Source: Trichosphaerium sp. ATCC 40318 (lineage: Eukaryota > Protista > Tubulinea). Taken from it: 64,000 nt of DNA. Positions 52,880-64,000 of the stretch are shown piece by piece (position 1 is the first letter of the stretch; every line of letters starts with the position of its first letter). A program made the translations under genes and the position numbers. Where the stretch lies: assembly GCA_038496445.1 (NCBI GenBank), contig JALMLS010000199.1:24238-88237 (forward strand), written 5' to 3'. Below the pieces are notes generated by a model. It did no database searches and was not told the DNA's origin. It saw nothing but the letters and a program-made list of their open reading frames with translations.

Positions 52880-55557
52880 ATGAGTGGAAAGTCTGATGTA
52901 CGCCAAAATAAACAATAAACAGCACGAAAAAAACGCAACGCGTTTGTTCTGTCATGTATTTAATTTATTAACGCTTCATAGCCAGCAGATTGGACCGTAC
53001 ATACTACCTCCGATGGTAAAAAGTATTATCATCACAAACCTTCCAAGACAACGCAGTGGGAAAAGCCTGAGGCCTTGCAATCAAACGAAGAGGTACGTAC
53101 AACGCCGCTCATAGTAACAGAGGTAATGGTTGCGTGTAGAAGAGCGTAGGTTCGTGTGTTTGGAAAGAATATCCAGCCGATAACGGTAAAAAGTATTATT
53201 ACAATAACGTGACGGGCGAGTCTGTGTGGGAGATGCCAAAGTACGAACAAAATTTTGAATTTATTGAAAAAAAAAACTGTCATTTCCTTGATGAGGCCCA
53301 CTAATGGCCACTAGAGATTACAAGCTTTGGCTGGACCAGCAACAAACAAGAGCGAGTGCACCTGCTCCAAAAGCAGGTAAGGGTGTTTCGTAGTGATAAA
53401 TTGTTGTGATAAAAAACATCAACAATTTTAATTTTGTTGATCGATTGTGGAAGTATTAACGTACCCATAGAGCAACCTAAAGCCGAGCTAAGTGACAGAG
53501 AAAAATTTAGAAAGTGCTTGACACAACATGGCATGACACACACTTGGACTGTCGAACAAGCTATGCAAACTACAAAGTCTGATGAAAGGTGATTTTTTTT
53601 ATTTGTTTTTGGCAACGCAAGAAACGTTAGTATATTGACCTTACTAAGGTGGAAGCTTCTCAAGATGGCTGATAAAAAGCAAGTATTCCAAGAGCTATCC
53701 CAGCAATTGCGTCAGCAGCACAGAGACGCAAAAAACAGAAAGGACAACGAAGCACGCAAAGAGTTCATAGATATGCTGATTGAGCATCCAGAAATAAACG
53801 AAGAAATGCCTTACAGGTGCGCTATCAGTTGTTAAAATCCTTAGCATTGACACTTATATTTTGCAGAGACGCTGTAGATGTTGTAAAGCACGATAGACGT
53901 TACATTGCAATATCCACAGATAGAGAGCGTAAGAGACTCTTTGATAAATTCCGTGATGAAAAGAACAGGCGGCAGAAGGTACATTTAGTGCAGCATAATT
54001 GGCGTCAGCTAACAATCATTGGTAGCAACAACAACGTGAACAAAGACGTACAAAACGAGATGCATTCAGCAAGGTGCTTGCAGCAGATAAGGATTTAAAT
54101 GTGCGCACACAATGGCGTAGATTTAAAGAGAAATATGCTGAGCACGCTGATTTTATGGCCTTGGAACCATTGGATAGGCTTTCGATGTTTGAAGATTACA
54201 TTAGGTGACTTGCATTTTTTTTATTGTCAAAAGGCTTTTTTTTGTAGCTGCCATACTTACTAAGAGGGGTAGGACTCTAGAACGAGCTGAAAATGAAGAG
54301 TTCAAACGCATTAAGCAAGAGGCTAGACTAAAGGCGAGAAAAGCTCGGGAGCGTTTCAGAGTAAGTTGATATAACACCTTTGCTTATCTTGATTTCTCAC
54401 TTCTTTTTTTGTAGGAATTTTTACACACTCAGTGGATGGCTGGAGATATTACTATAAAAACTGTTTGGAAAGATTATGTACCAAGCATTAAATTTAATGC
54501 AGCATACATCGGGATGATGGAGGTCATTGGGCACGCAAATCCCTCGGGACATAGTTCTCAGCAACAGTTCGTTGTAGCCATTTTATCTCTATTTCTACTT
54601 TTTGTTTGTATTTTTATAAGTTACTAACAACTTAAAATAGATCTACACAAGCGGAGCTGTTCTATGATTTTCAAGAAGAGCTTGAAGATCGGTTGTACAA
54701 AGATAAGAAAATTGTCAAAGAAATGTTGATAGATGCTGGTGTTTTTGACGACATGTTTCCAAATTGTGCCTTTGAGGACTTTACAGATAAGCTTAAAAAC
54801 AACCCAAAGAATGTGATCGTGGAGCCAAGCAACTTGAAGTTTATATATGAAGACGTACGATGATATAGTACCTAGGTTGAGGTGTTGACATTTTTTGTTT
54901 TAGTTTGTTGCTAAAGCTCAGCGAAGTCTGGATAAAAAAAAGAGAAAGCAGCACAAAGGATTTCGCTCAACGCTCAAAGACACAAAAGATATCACAAAGG
55001 ATTCCAAATGGGAAGAAGTACGTAACACTGCAAGCAGTAGTAGTTTTTTTTTTTGTATTTTCAGAAATTGCTGTGTTGTTTGGTACAAAATTATCGGTGC
55101 TGATTAGTGTATTAGTGGAAGGACAAGTTTATGGATGTTGATAATTTGAATGATGAGGATAAAGAGCAGGTATTCAATACGTACATTGAAGACCTAAAAG
55201 AAAGGGAAAATGGAGATGATAGGGACAAACACAGACATAGGGTAAATTATGTTTTTTAATTAATTTAACATTGTTACTTCTTAATTTATTCACGCTCATT
55301 CAACTAATGTGCACTACTAGGATCATGATCGGTCTAGGGATAGAAAAGACAAAAGACGGCGGTCCAGCAGGAGGCACAGGGATGATAGAGATCGTGATGA
55401 CAGAGACAAACGACGCGATAAACGATCACATCGTTCGAAGAGAGATCGGGATGATTATTACAGCGATGATGAGCCTAGGTCAAAAAGGGCACGTGTTGAG
55501 AAAGAAAAAGAAGAACGTGAGGAAGGAGAACTTGAAATGGGAGAGATCAGGGAGTAA
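52880..55557 (+). CDS. PRP40: Pre-mRNA-processing factor 40 (WW-WW-FF repeats)
   Basis: WTVHTTSDGKKYYHHKPSKTTQWEKP; WKEYPADNGKKYYYNNVTGESVWEMP; multiple FF repeats (DRLSMFEDY, ARERFR); RD-rich tail. Confidence 0.92.
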
Positions 55558-55803
55558 AGAAAGCCCTGTACCCACCTACTATTCACCTGAGTCTGCTTTT
55601 TTTATTTTTACATTTACCAAAACGCACACTTTCACATAAATCAGGAGGTTTGTGTTGTTTTGGTTTTACCCACCGCCACGCGCTTGTAAAGAAACATTAA
55701 AAAATACTAAGGCATCCTTCTTGGCCTGGAAACAGTTCGAAATATGAACGCTTTGTTAAATCCGGCTAAACATTATTTCGCGCTTAAGTTGTCAAGCTGT
55801 TTT

Positions 55804-58800
55804 ATGGGCAACGACGTAGCTCATCTCCGTGCTTCCGAAACAAAGAAAGCGTTTAGCTATTTTGATTCAGGTAAGAGAAATTAACAAAAAAAAAAAGGGA
55901 GAGATAGACGTATTTCTAACAAGCACGCCATAGATAAATCTGGTGCGTTGACTCTAGACCAAATACTGGCTGTTAGAGATCTTCCGGGTGTAAATGTGCC
56001 TGTAACTCTTTCTCCTTTGCTCGTATACAAGGTATGCGCGCTTTTACATCGAGAAAGAGCGTTGGTTAATCGGTCGCTTGTAGTTTGATGAAAGTTTCGA
56101 AGGATCCATAAACAGACGCGAGTTTCAGCGGTTTTGTGACTTTGTGCAGAGCTTGGCGAAGAAATTAAACAAAAAGCATGTGACAATCTCTTGCTCAAAA
56201 TGGTAGTTTGATTGCTAACATATAGTGACTAGGGGCAAGTCATACAAGGATGCGTTAACGGCTAGCACAGAGCGCGTTTGGGTATCTGTAACGTCAAGTA
56301 CAGGTATTGTGTGGTTTTTGTTTTTTTTATGGAGCGCTGTTAGAAGCGCTTTTCTTGGTCGAGAGTGCGTGTGGATTGGTTTTAATTAACCCCTTTTTTT
56401 TGCAGCTGGTAATGATTTTGATTTGGATCGTGCAGCTGAAACTCCAGTTTTTACAGGCCAATCTAACAGTTCGCGGGGAGTAACGCCATCACATTCTCGT
56501 ACGTTCTTGTTTTTTGTTTAGCAGTTATCAAAAGAAAAAAGACAAGAGTTTTCATCACAGCACTGTTTTTCTAATATTGTAGCTGTAGCAAGGACGAGCA
56601 TTGATGGTGGTGACCCTGTGGGTGGATGGCCTAGAGAATCAACCGACTCTATCGCTGATGTACGCAGATCGTAGTTTGCGGTTAACTAATTTACTGACTT
56701 GATTCTTGTTTCAGCAACAAGAAGCACTTTTGCGGAAAGCTTTGGCGCAGCAATCTAAACAATTTTTTGACAAGGAGATAAGAAACAATAAGAGTGGCAG
56801 GCGTAAATTTATAGCGTGGCTGTTCAAATTGGTATGCTTTTAAACATCTACTTCCTTTTATGTGTAATAGCAAAGTGTAGGCTGATATCGACAAGAGCGC
56901 AAGTATTACTGTTCAAGAGCTAAAAACGATCCTTCAAGCGTTTATTCAAGATGGTATTATGCCAGATAACCTCACATTTGACTTTGAGCACGACCCCAAG
57001 CGAAAGAAACATTCCAGGACACCCAGTGTATCATCGCGAACGTCAACTGGTAGCCTACTTAACAATGTTGATATTGATCTGGACGAACTTGCACCAAGGA
57101 TAATGGCCAACTATGACACTAAACATACGGGATCCCTTTCAAAAGATGAGTTTGAGGTGTTGGCTGAGCTTATTATCAGACGCTATGAGGTGAATCATCA
57201 GGTGCGTTATTCGATGTGCTTAAAAAATTCACCAGCCATTATTTTGTTAGACAGTACAAAATCAAGTAGGAAAGTATGTGCTCACACGAAAGATTGGAGA
57301 AGGGGCAAATAGTACTGTTATGCTAGCCAAAGGTAAAGCGTTGTGTGTTTTGTTAAGCAATTGTGGAAACCCCTTACCATCTCGCTAGATATTGAGACTG
57401 GTGAAAAGCGAGCTGTTAAAATAATTTCAAAAGGTGATGTTGTAGACATGTCAAGACTTGATACAGAAATAAAGGTATGTGTAGCGATTGGCACGTAATG
57501 GTGGTATCTATCTAATACTCTCGTATTAAGGCCATGTTAATGTTATCCCACCGCTATGTAGCAGTGTTACATGAGGTACCGCTACAGGACTGGTTTTCTG
57601 TATGTTGTATTTAATTGTACTTGTAGGTGTTAGAATCTGACTCTCAAGTATTCTTTATCATGGAATTATGTGGTGGTGGTACTCTCAGCGATCTATTGGT
57701 AATGAGCGAACATGGAAAGGTAAGACTGGCGCTTGTGGCAATTATCTTTGTTTTTTACTTACGGGATGCATTAGTTGTCAGAGGATATTGCACGTTATTA
57801 CTTCATCCAAATAATAAAGGGCATGACATATTGTCATTCTAAGGTACGCGTTATTTGGACATTTGGGCAGTGTCTAAAATTATTCTGTTTTTAAGGGTGT
57901 CTGTCATCGCGATTTGAAGCTGGACAATATGTTATTGGATGATGAAGCCAGCATTAAAATTACTGATTTCGGTCATGCTGGTATATACGCTCCAGATTGG
58001 GACGTGTTTACAACGTCAATGGTTGGAGCTCTTTGTCATGTGGCACCAGAGCAGGTACATTTTTCGCTTTCTCACAAAAAAAGCACTAAAAATACAACTT
58101 GTAGATAACAGGTCGGTGTTACTCAGGTGAGAAGAATGATATGTGGTCACTTGGTGTCATTTTATACACAATACTGGTTGGTATTGGACCATTTGTTACT
58201 GCCAATGCACAACAGTTTTTAGATAACATTAAGGTTGCAAACTTCAGTTTTCCAGAATCAGCTAGCCTATCAGAATGTACGTTAAAGATGTGTTGTGTTC
58301 GAATCAACGTAACTGACCTAATATATAGCTGCAAAAGACCTAATATCTAAGCTGTTGAAACCTGAACCGGATGATAGGCTGTCCACAAAACAGGTGGGTG
58401 AGCATCCATGGATGAGTGTAAAAGGAAAGACGGACAAACCGCAGTTTCATCATTTTGTAGTACGTCAAAGTAGTCTTGTTAGTACCTTTAGGTTCTAACT
58501 AGTCATTTGCAGTTTAATGTAGACCGTCGCCAGGAAATATGGAAGTCGTCCAACGATATTTTGGTTACAATGAAAGAGATAATGAGAACACAACTTAACG
58601 TACATTGCATCTATGACCCAGAAGACAAGTGTAAGTTCTCATTGTTTTTTTCCATTTCTCATTTGACTTTGTTTTAGTTGTTAAAGCGTCTATACCAGAC
58701 TTGGAATTGCGATTCTACTTTAAGCATAAGCAAACAACACGTGTATGTGCTGTTTATGACCCTTAATCCTATTGTAAAACTGACTTGGGTTTTGTTAGCA

Positions 58801-59326
58801 TGAATACATAAAGTTCTACTTTATGGAGGGTGAAACGCATGATTTTATTTCTATAGGACCCAAGATAAAGGTTGCTGTGGCCAAGTATTCAAGGCAACAA
58901 AAAGTATGTATAGTTTGTTGTTGAGCGTGTACTAAAGGATTCGCTAAGGAAAGGGACAAACGTGATAAGGAGAAGCGAGAAAGAGAAAGAATGAAAAAAG
59001 AAAAGAAGGACAGGTCCAAGTCGTCCTTTGAACTGCTGAAACAAAAGAGTGTTAGTCGTAGGCAGCTAGTGGCCTACTATGAGACAGAAGTGCAACGGTT
59101 GAAGGAGTTGCTTGCAGCTCGTGATCAAACCATTGAAAAGTTGACACAGGAGAACAAAGCCCTAAAAGATAGTAGGAAACACAAAGGACACACTCCCAAA
59201 AAGAAGTCTAAGGATATATCTTCACGTAAAAGCCCTTCAAAGCAAAAGTTTGCGTTATCTGTTAGCTATGATGCAACTGCAGAGAGTAACACTGATGCAG
59301 AGATTGAAGTGTTACAATTTTCGTAA
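55804..59326 (+). CDS. N-myristoylated EF-hand + CAMK-group (AMPK/CIPK-like) kinase with KA1-like domain and coiled-coil tail
   Basis: MGND start; EF loops FDS|DKSGALTLDQ, ADIDKSASITVQEL, YDTKHTGSLSKDEF; kinase IGEGANSTV, AVK, CHRDLKLDNML, ITDFG, VAPEQ, DMWSLGVILY. Confidence 0.85.
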
Positions 59327-59729
59327 CAACTTTGTACATAATGTAAAACAAAATAAATAGTTTGTAGTTTATTTGGTGCTAATAATAGTGAGCAATAGCA
59401 GTGCTCCTTTTAGTCAATTGTTATCCCACCTACCTTGGTAGATTGAACCAATGTACACTAAATTGTATCTTTAAAGTCTATATTAAAACTATTAGTGATG
59501 TGTTTGTGCACAGGTTTTAGTTGATAACCCTTAACATGTGTAATTAAGAATCATTATTAAACACACATATAGTTGTTTTTAACCCTTTGTAACAAAACTA
59601 CATTCAATAAACAACCAAATAATGCCAAATATACCCCAAAATAATATGCTAGTATATTAAAATTACTTTAAACAAACTGCATACTAGTTAATAATATCAT
59701 TAACAACAATTCAAGTTTGTAAAAGGTGA

Positions 59730-59982
59730 GCCCTAACCCTAACTGTATTTAGGGTTATAAACCTAACCCTAGCCCTAGTCAGCAACAAAAGTCTATTTGT
59801 AATTAGGGTTGTAAACCTAACCCTAGCCCTAATCTGTAACCATAATCTTTCTAATCATTAGGGTTGTAGCCCTAGCCCTAACCCTAAATTTAGATTCAAA
59901 AGAGCACAAAACCCTAGCCCTAATAGACTAAAATAACGATTAGGGTTAAACCCTAGAAGCCAATTAGGGTTTAGGGTTTAGG
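59730..59982. repeat. Degenerate telomere-like repeat cluster (CCCTAA/CCCTAG and TTAGGG in both orientations)
   Basis: Repeated units TTAGGGTT(A/G)TAAACCTAACCCTAGCCCTA separated by ~25-nt spacers; ends in ttagggtttagggtttagg. Confidence 0.85.
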
Positions 59983-60298
59983 AGTATGTACCAACCGTAT
60001 TTTTTTGTACACTACTCTACCCTGTTGTAAAATTTTTTCGATTTTTTTGGCTTTTTTTTATGTTTTTTGCACATACAATCTCCCTGTAGGGTTACAGCAA
60101 GATAGGGTTTTTTACAAACCCAAGACCTCATCAACAATCTTGCAAACTGTCAAATTCTCATTTTTTTCTTACTTTTTTAAAACAGGCGAAATTTCCGGTG
60201 CACATTTCGAAACACGAAATTTTCCTGTCTATTTCTCAACGCAATTATTGGGGGAAAAAAAGCCTCATTTTACTTTTTTGACTTTTCATAAATCAAGG

Positions 60299-61748
60299 AT
60301 GAGCTCAGATGAAGACCTCTCTCTCATAAACATTGAGTTTTCTGATGAGGATGAGCCCTCCAAAGAAGCTGATGGTAAGCCCAGGCTCAGGAGAAAGAGA
60401 GTACTAGGTACTAACCTCTTTTTTACTCTTTGTTTTTTTTAAAACCCCCTTTATTAGTCTTATTTTAATTTTTAAAGACTAATAAAGGGGGTTTTTTTGC
60501 TTTTAAATGGTTTTTTCAAAACCCCTAATTTTTCAAATAAATTTCGAAAAAAAATGACGGTTTTTGTACACGGTTTTCATGTGTACGATTTTTCCGTTTA
60601 CCATGCGGTTTTTTTGCATGGTAGAACCAAACCCAAACGAGGGTTTCGTAACACGCAGAACGCGTGTGCGTTGTTTTTTCGTTTGGTTTTGGTTCACACT
60701 GTTTTATTTTGCTTCAATTTTCAACAGCGAGCTCGTCGCGGTATTAGTACACGTATATTGCGTGTTCGCATGTCGCGCTAGTTGGCGGTTGGTTTTGGTA
60801 CACAATTTAATTGTGTACTTTTTTTTTTAATATTTTTTTGTTGTTTTGCTTTTTTTTACAGACTGCGAGCTCGCCGTACGATTATAAACACGCTTTTTAC
60901 GTGTTCGTACATGGCCTCGAGCTCGCGGTCGGTTTTCGTACACATAAAAAGTGTGTACTTTTTTAAAAACTGTTTTTTTTGAAAGTCTTGCTTTATAACT
61001 GACTGCAAGCTTGGTATACGGTATACAACACATGTTTATTGTGTTCGTACCTGACCTCGAGCTCGCGGTCGGTTTTTGTACACATAAAAAGTGTGTACTT
61101 TTTTAAAAACCGTTTTTTTTTTTTGAAAGTCTTGCTTTATAACTGACTGCAAGCTTGCCGTTGTGTACAAACACGTTTTTAATGTGTTCGTTTCCGACCG
61201 CGAGCTCGAGGTCATATTTTCCACACAGAAAAAACGTGTTTGTATATTTATTTAATGTGCCATCTTCTAATACTCTTTTTAGCTCCAACAAGCCCTGGTT
61301 GGATGATTGTGAGTACCCATGGAAACCACAACACTGAAACAAAAATTGTGGGTACTCTCATTGGAGAACACAGAGATGTTATCTTTGGTTTTGAGTAAGT
61401 TGGTTGTTTTTTTTTTTTTACCCATTTAATTTCGCGTTCAACGCAACACGCGCGGCGCATGTTCGTAAACGTAGCTGTCATTTATATTTTTTTTTTATTT
61501 TTTGTTTTTTTTTTAATTTTTAATTCATTTCAACTAATTTATCTATGTAGAGGTGTTATCATAGCCAACCAGTTGGTTTATGCTAAAACCATGCCCATCA
61601 AGAGGATGAAGAGATGCCTAAATGGGTTTTTTGCTGCCAGCTTTGATAATGTGTTGGAGTCTCAAATAACTCCTAACAACAAGCTGAAGGCAGCATTCAA
61701 GGTACGTTTTCCGATACATACACGCGCGGGCCGTGTTCGTTTTATTTT

Positions 61749-61783
<35 letters not shown>

Positions 61784-63876
61784 CTGATTTTTTTTTTTTT
61801 GATTATTTTTTGATTTTTTTCCTAAAGTATTCATAACACAGTTTTCATGTGTCGAACGTGTGACCGCGAGCTCGCGGTCGTGTACGAACACTTAAATATC
61901 CTGTTGTAAAATCGTTGGCTTTTTGGTTTTTTTTTTTTTTGTTTTTTTTTTAAATTAATTTGTTTCTTTAGGAGAGATTTCCATTTGTTGAAGGAGTAGA
62001 CCAACTGCAGAAGTTTATCAAAGACGTCAGAAAAATCTACTCCTCGGACGAAGAAAAGTGGTGGAAGCCGATGCACTTCGAAGGCAACTACACCAGAGAT
62101 TACAAGGAGCACGAACCCATGCCGAGAGAACACGGAGATGAGGAATCGGAGGTAGAGGAGAAAGAAAAAAATAGATGGATTATAAGCTGCAAGTGGAAAC
62201 AGTTGTATTGGCAGGTGCTACTCTGGACTGGCATATTCTACACAGCCATGGGACTTCATGTCACAGATTCTTGGTACTACATTGCCCTTCTTTTGGTCCA
62301 TTTTAGAGATTCCTTGAGCTTTGGCAATGATTCAGATTTCCATCTCTTTGTGGAGTAAGTAACAATTTTCGCGATATTTTTAACACGCGTTCTACATGTT
62401 CGAAAACGAACGTCGTCGTTTTTTTTTTTTGTTTTTTTTTTTTTTTATTTTTATTTTTATTTTTTTTATTTTTAACTTTTATGTAGCTACATGAAGACAG
62501 GCACCAATAAATTGAATGGCTGCATCATAAAGCCATCAATACAAAAGGGCCTGTTAAGAGGGATTGCTGCCAACTCCATCAACAAGAAGTATCTGAGAGT
62601 GAAAAAGCCCTCATTTTACAAAGGCCCCTTGGACATGTCACACATAGCTTGTTTTTTGAATGTCAGAGGAGTCAACCCCAGGAACATTATACAAAAGATG
62701 CCTATTTATGAAACCTTCACCAAAAGGTTTGTGCTTTGTCCTATGCCTATTGTTTGGTGTGATGAGTACAATGCAGACCCTATTGTTGGCTTTGGAGTTG
62801 GAGATGGAGCACACTGTCTTTTGACAGAGTTGGCGTACGTTCGCGAATATTTTCGAACACGTTTTTTACGTGTCGGTCGACCGACCGCGAGCTCGCGGTC
62901 ACGTTCGAACACGAGATTTTCCTGTTGTAAAAAATAACTCGAACGACGAACCTTTTTTTGTTTTTTGTTTTTCTGGTTTTTTGCTTTTCCTTACCTTATT
63001 GTTCAATTGTTTCTTACTTGTTTGCCTCAGACAAAATGCAGCTACAACCTGCAAATTTGCAATCAAAAATGTGGAGTGGATAAATCCTTTCGCCAAGATG
63101 CAAGCGATAGCGATCTACTGCACCAAGATCAACTTTCTGCAAAGTCTGACCACTCCAGACTCCAAGGTGGATCGCTACCGCCACCTGTTCAAGATGTGGT
63201 GCGACGACGCGGGCCAGGTCTTCGATTACCAAGCGGAGGCGGGAGATATAGGTAAGGTGAATTTTGCGATATGGGGAGCCAGCAGAGTCAAACCTCAGCT
63301 CAGTCCTGCTCAATGGAAAGAGGTGAGGGTTGTTTTTTTTTTTATTTTAATCTTTTTTTTTTTTTTTTTTTTCGCAAGTATTTTTAAACAGAGGTTTCGC
63401 GTGTCGTATATCGTACCGCGAGCTCGCGGTCACGTGCGAACATTAAAATACTCTGTTGTAAAACCGACGATTTTTAGTTTGTATTTTTTTATTTGTATGT
63501 TATAACTGATTGTTTTGTTTAGTTTTTGGTTAAGATGAATCTATACTTTCCATATGTGACCAACTGGAAAGAAAGCAAGCAGTTTGTTAAGGCTGGCATG
63601 TTTTTTGAGCCATTGGACAGTGCTCTGATAGCAGAATTGGTTGCATCTGCTGAAAATGTGGTACGTAGGCTTTCGTCTTTATTAGAACACGCATTTCACG
63701 TGTCGAAGTACGGACCGCGAGCTCGCGGTCGGATTCGAACACGCATTTTGTGTGTCGTACAAAGTTTCGCCCATTCACTCACACTCTCATCATAGCACAC
63801 CAAACATCCAGTGGGCTACAGGACTAGAATATTGGCTCATGCTGCATGGGCAGAGTTACTCTCCATGCCAGAATAG
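60299..63876 (+). CDS. Eight-exon gene encoding a putative ParB/Sulfiredoxin-fold protein, probably mobile-element-borne
   Basis: Exons approx. 60299-60407, 61283-61394, 61551-61701, 61972-62354, 62487-62834, 63031-63322, 63523-63660, 63796-63876 splice in frame with GT-AG junctions. Motif NVRGVNPRNI...PMPIVW...VGDGAHC...AIAIYCTKIN. The gene structure is solid; the ParB call is inference; the gene may continue past an in-frame TAG. Confidence 0.6.
60441..60495. repeat. Perfect 21-bp inverted repeat (hairpin) in intron 1
   Basis: aaaaccccctttattagtctt ... aagactaataaagggggtttt. Confidence 0.85.
60860..61240. repeat. Tandem ~140-bp repeat (about 2.7 copies) built from palindromes
   Basis: Unit: gactgc(g/a)agct(c/t)g ... 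gtgttcgt ... gacc(t/g)cgagctcgcggtc ... gtacacataaaaagtgtgtac ... gaaagtcttgctttataact. Core palindromes at 60913, 61053, 61196. Confidence 0.9.
61862..63730. repeat. Dispersed intronic 18-bp palindrome GACCGCGAGCTCGCGGTC
   Basis: Perfect copies at 61862, 62883 and 63713; a 1-mismatch copy at 63414; each lies inside a GTGT(T)CG...CGAACA(C) larger hairpin, one per intron. Confidence 0.9.
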
Positions 63877-64000
63877 CAAGTCAAGTACCTTTTATATTGT
63901 TTTTTGAAAAAGGGTTTGTGTCTAACTTGTACATTTAGTTTGTCAAGGCACTGACCTGCAGGGTGTATCATGAGACCAATCAATCCTATTATTTGCAGAG

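Noticed and set aside
685-58745. CACGTG sites as bacterial parS (TGTTTCACGTGAAACA) for the ParB-like gene
   Set aside because: The flanks are reversed (A-tract left, T-tract right) and the sites are spread across host genes; an E-box explanation is simpler.
59749-59960. CRISPR-like repeat/spacer geometry (~29-bp repeats, ~25-nt spacers)
   Set aside because: Only about 3 degenerate units made of telomeric hexamers, in a eukaryotic context with no cas genes.
59730-59982. True chromosome telomere
   Set aside because: Degenerate, bidirectional and flanked by genes on both sides.
60497-61342. ORFs in the track across the palindromic repeat region
   Set aside because: Phe/Lys-rich translations of poly-T/A intronic repeat, not coding.
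1-64000. Alternative genetic code or stop-codon readthrough to explain fragmented ORFs
   Set aside because: Stops in conserved genes fall in GT-AG introns; spliced exons are open in the standard code and end in TAA, TAG or TGA.

Overview
This is a compact, AT-rich, intron-dense eukaryotic (protist, probably free-living amoeba-like; taxonomy is inference) genomic window read in the standard code, with short GT-AG introns and many head-to-head gene pairs. Manual splicing gives about 21 genes. Housekeeping genes: DNAJC8, EBP2, CLP1, PRP40, mitoribosomal mL40, mevalonate kinase, REX1-B. Signalling genes: atypical G-alpha-BTB, RasGEF with PAS-like tail, SH3-RhoGEF-PH-MORN, LIM, Kelch-BTB-BTB, EF-hand kinase. 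Carbohydrate-related genes: xylulokinase, GH30, C-type lectin. There are also two MORN-variant (YwqK-like) repeat proteins. Three candidate novel systems stand out. (1) 39.6-43.1 kb: a single polypeptide with two tandem, internally duplicated HEPN-like domains (each with an intact RNxxxH motif), then a STAND/AAA+-like P-loop NTPase and a SAM-like tail, i.e. a candidate NTPase-gated single-chain RNase/defence protein. (2) 43.3-49.0 kb: a myristoylated LOV-SAM-PB1-PAS blue-light receptor 108 bp head-to-head with a PH-PAS-STE20 kinase. (3) 59.7-64 kb: telomere-like hairpin repeats followed by a spliced ParB/Srx-like gene whose introns repeatedly carry an 18-bp palindrome (GACCGCGAGCTCGCGGTC), with patchy CpG loss. 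All domain calls are by eye from motifs; no searches were run. Coordinates of spliced genes are start-to-stop spans.
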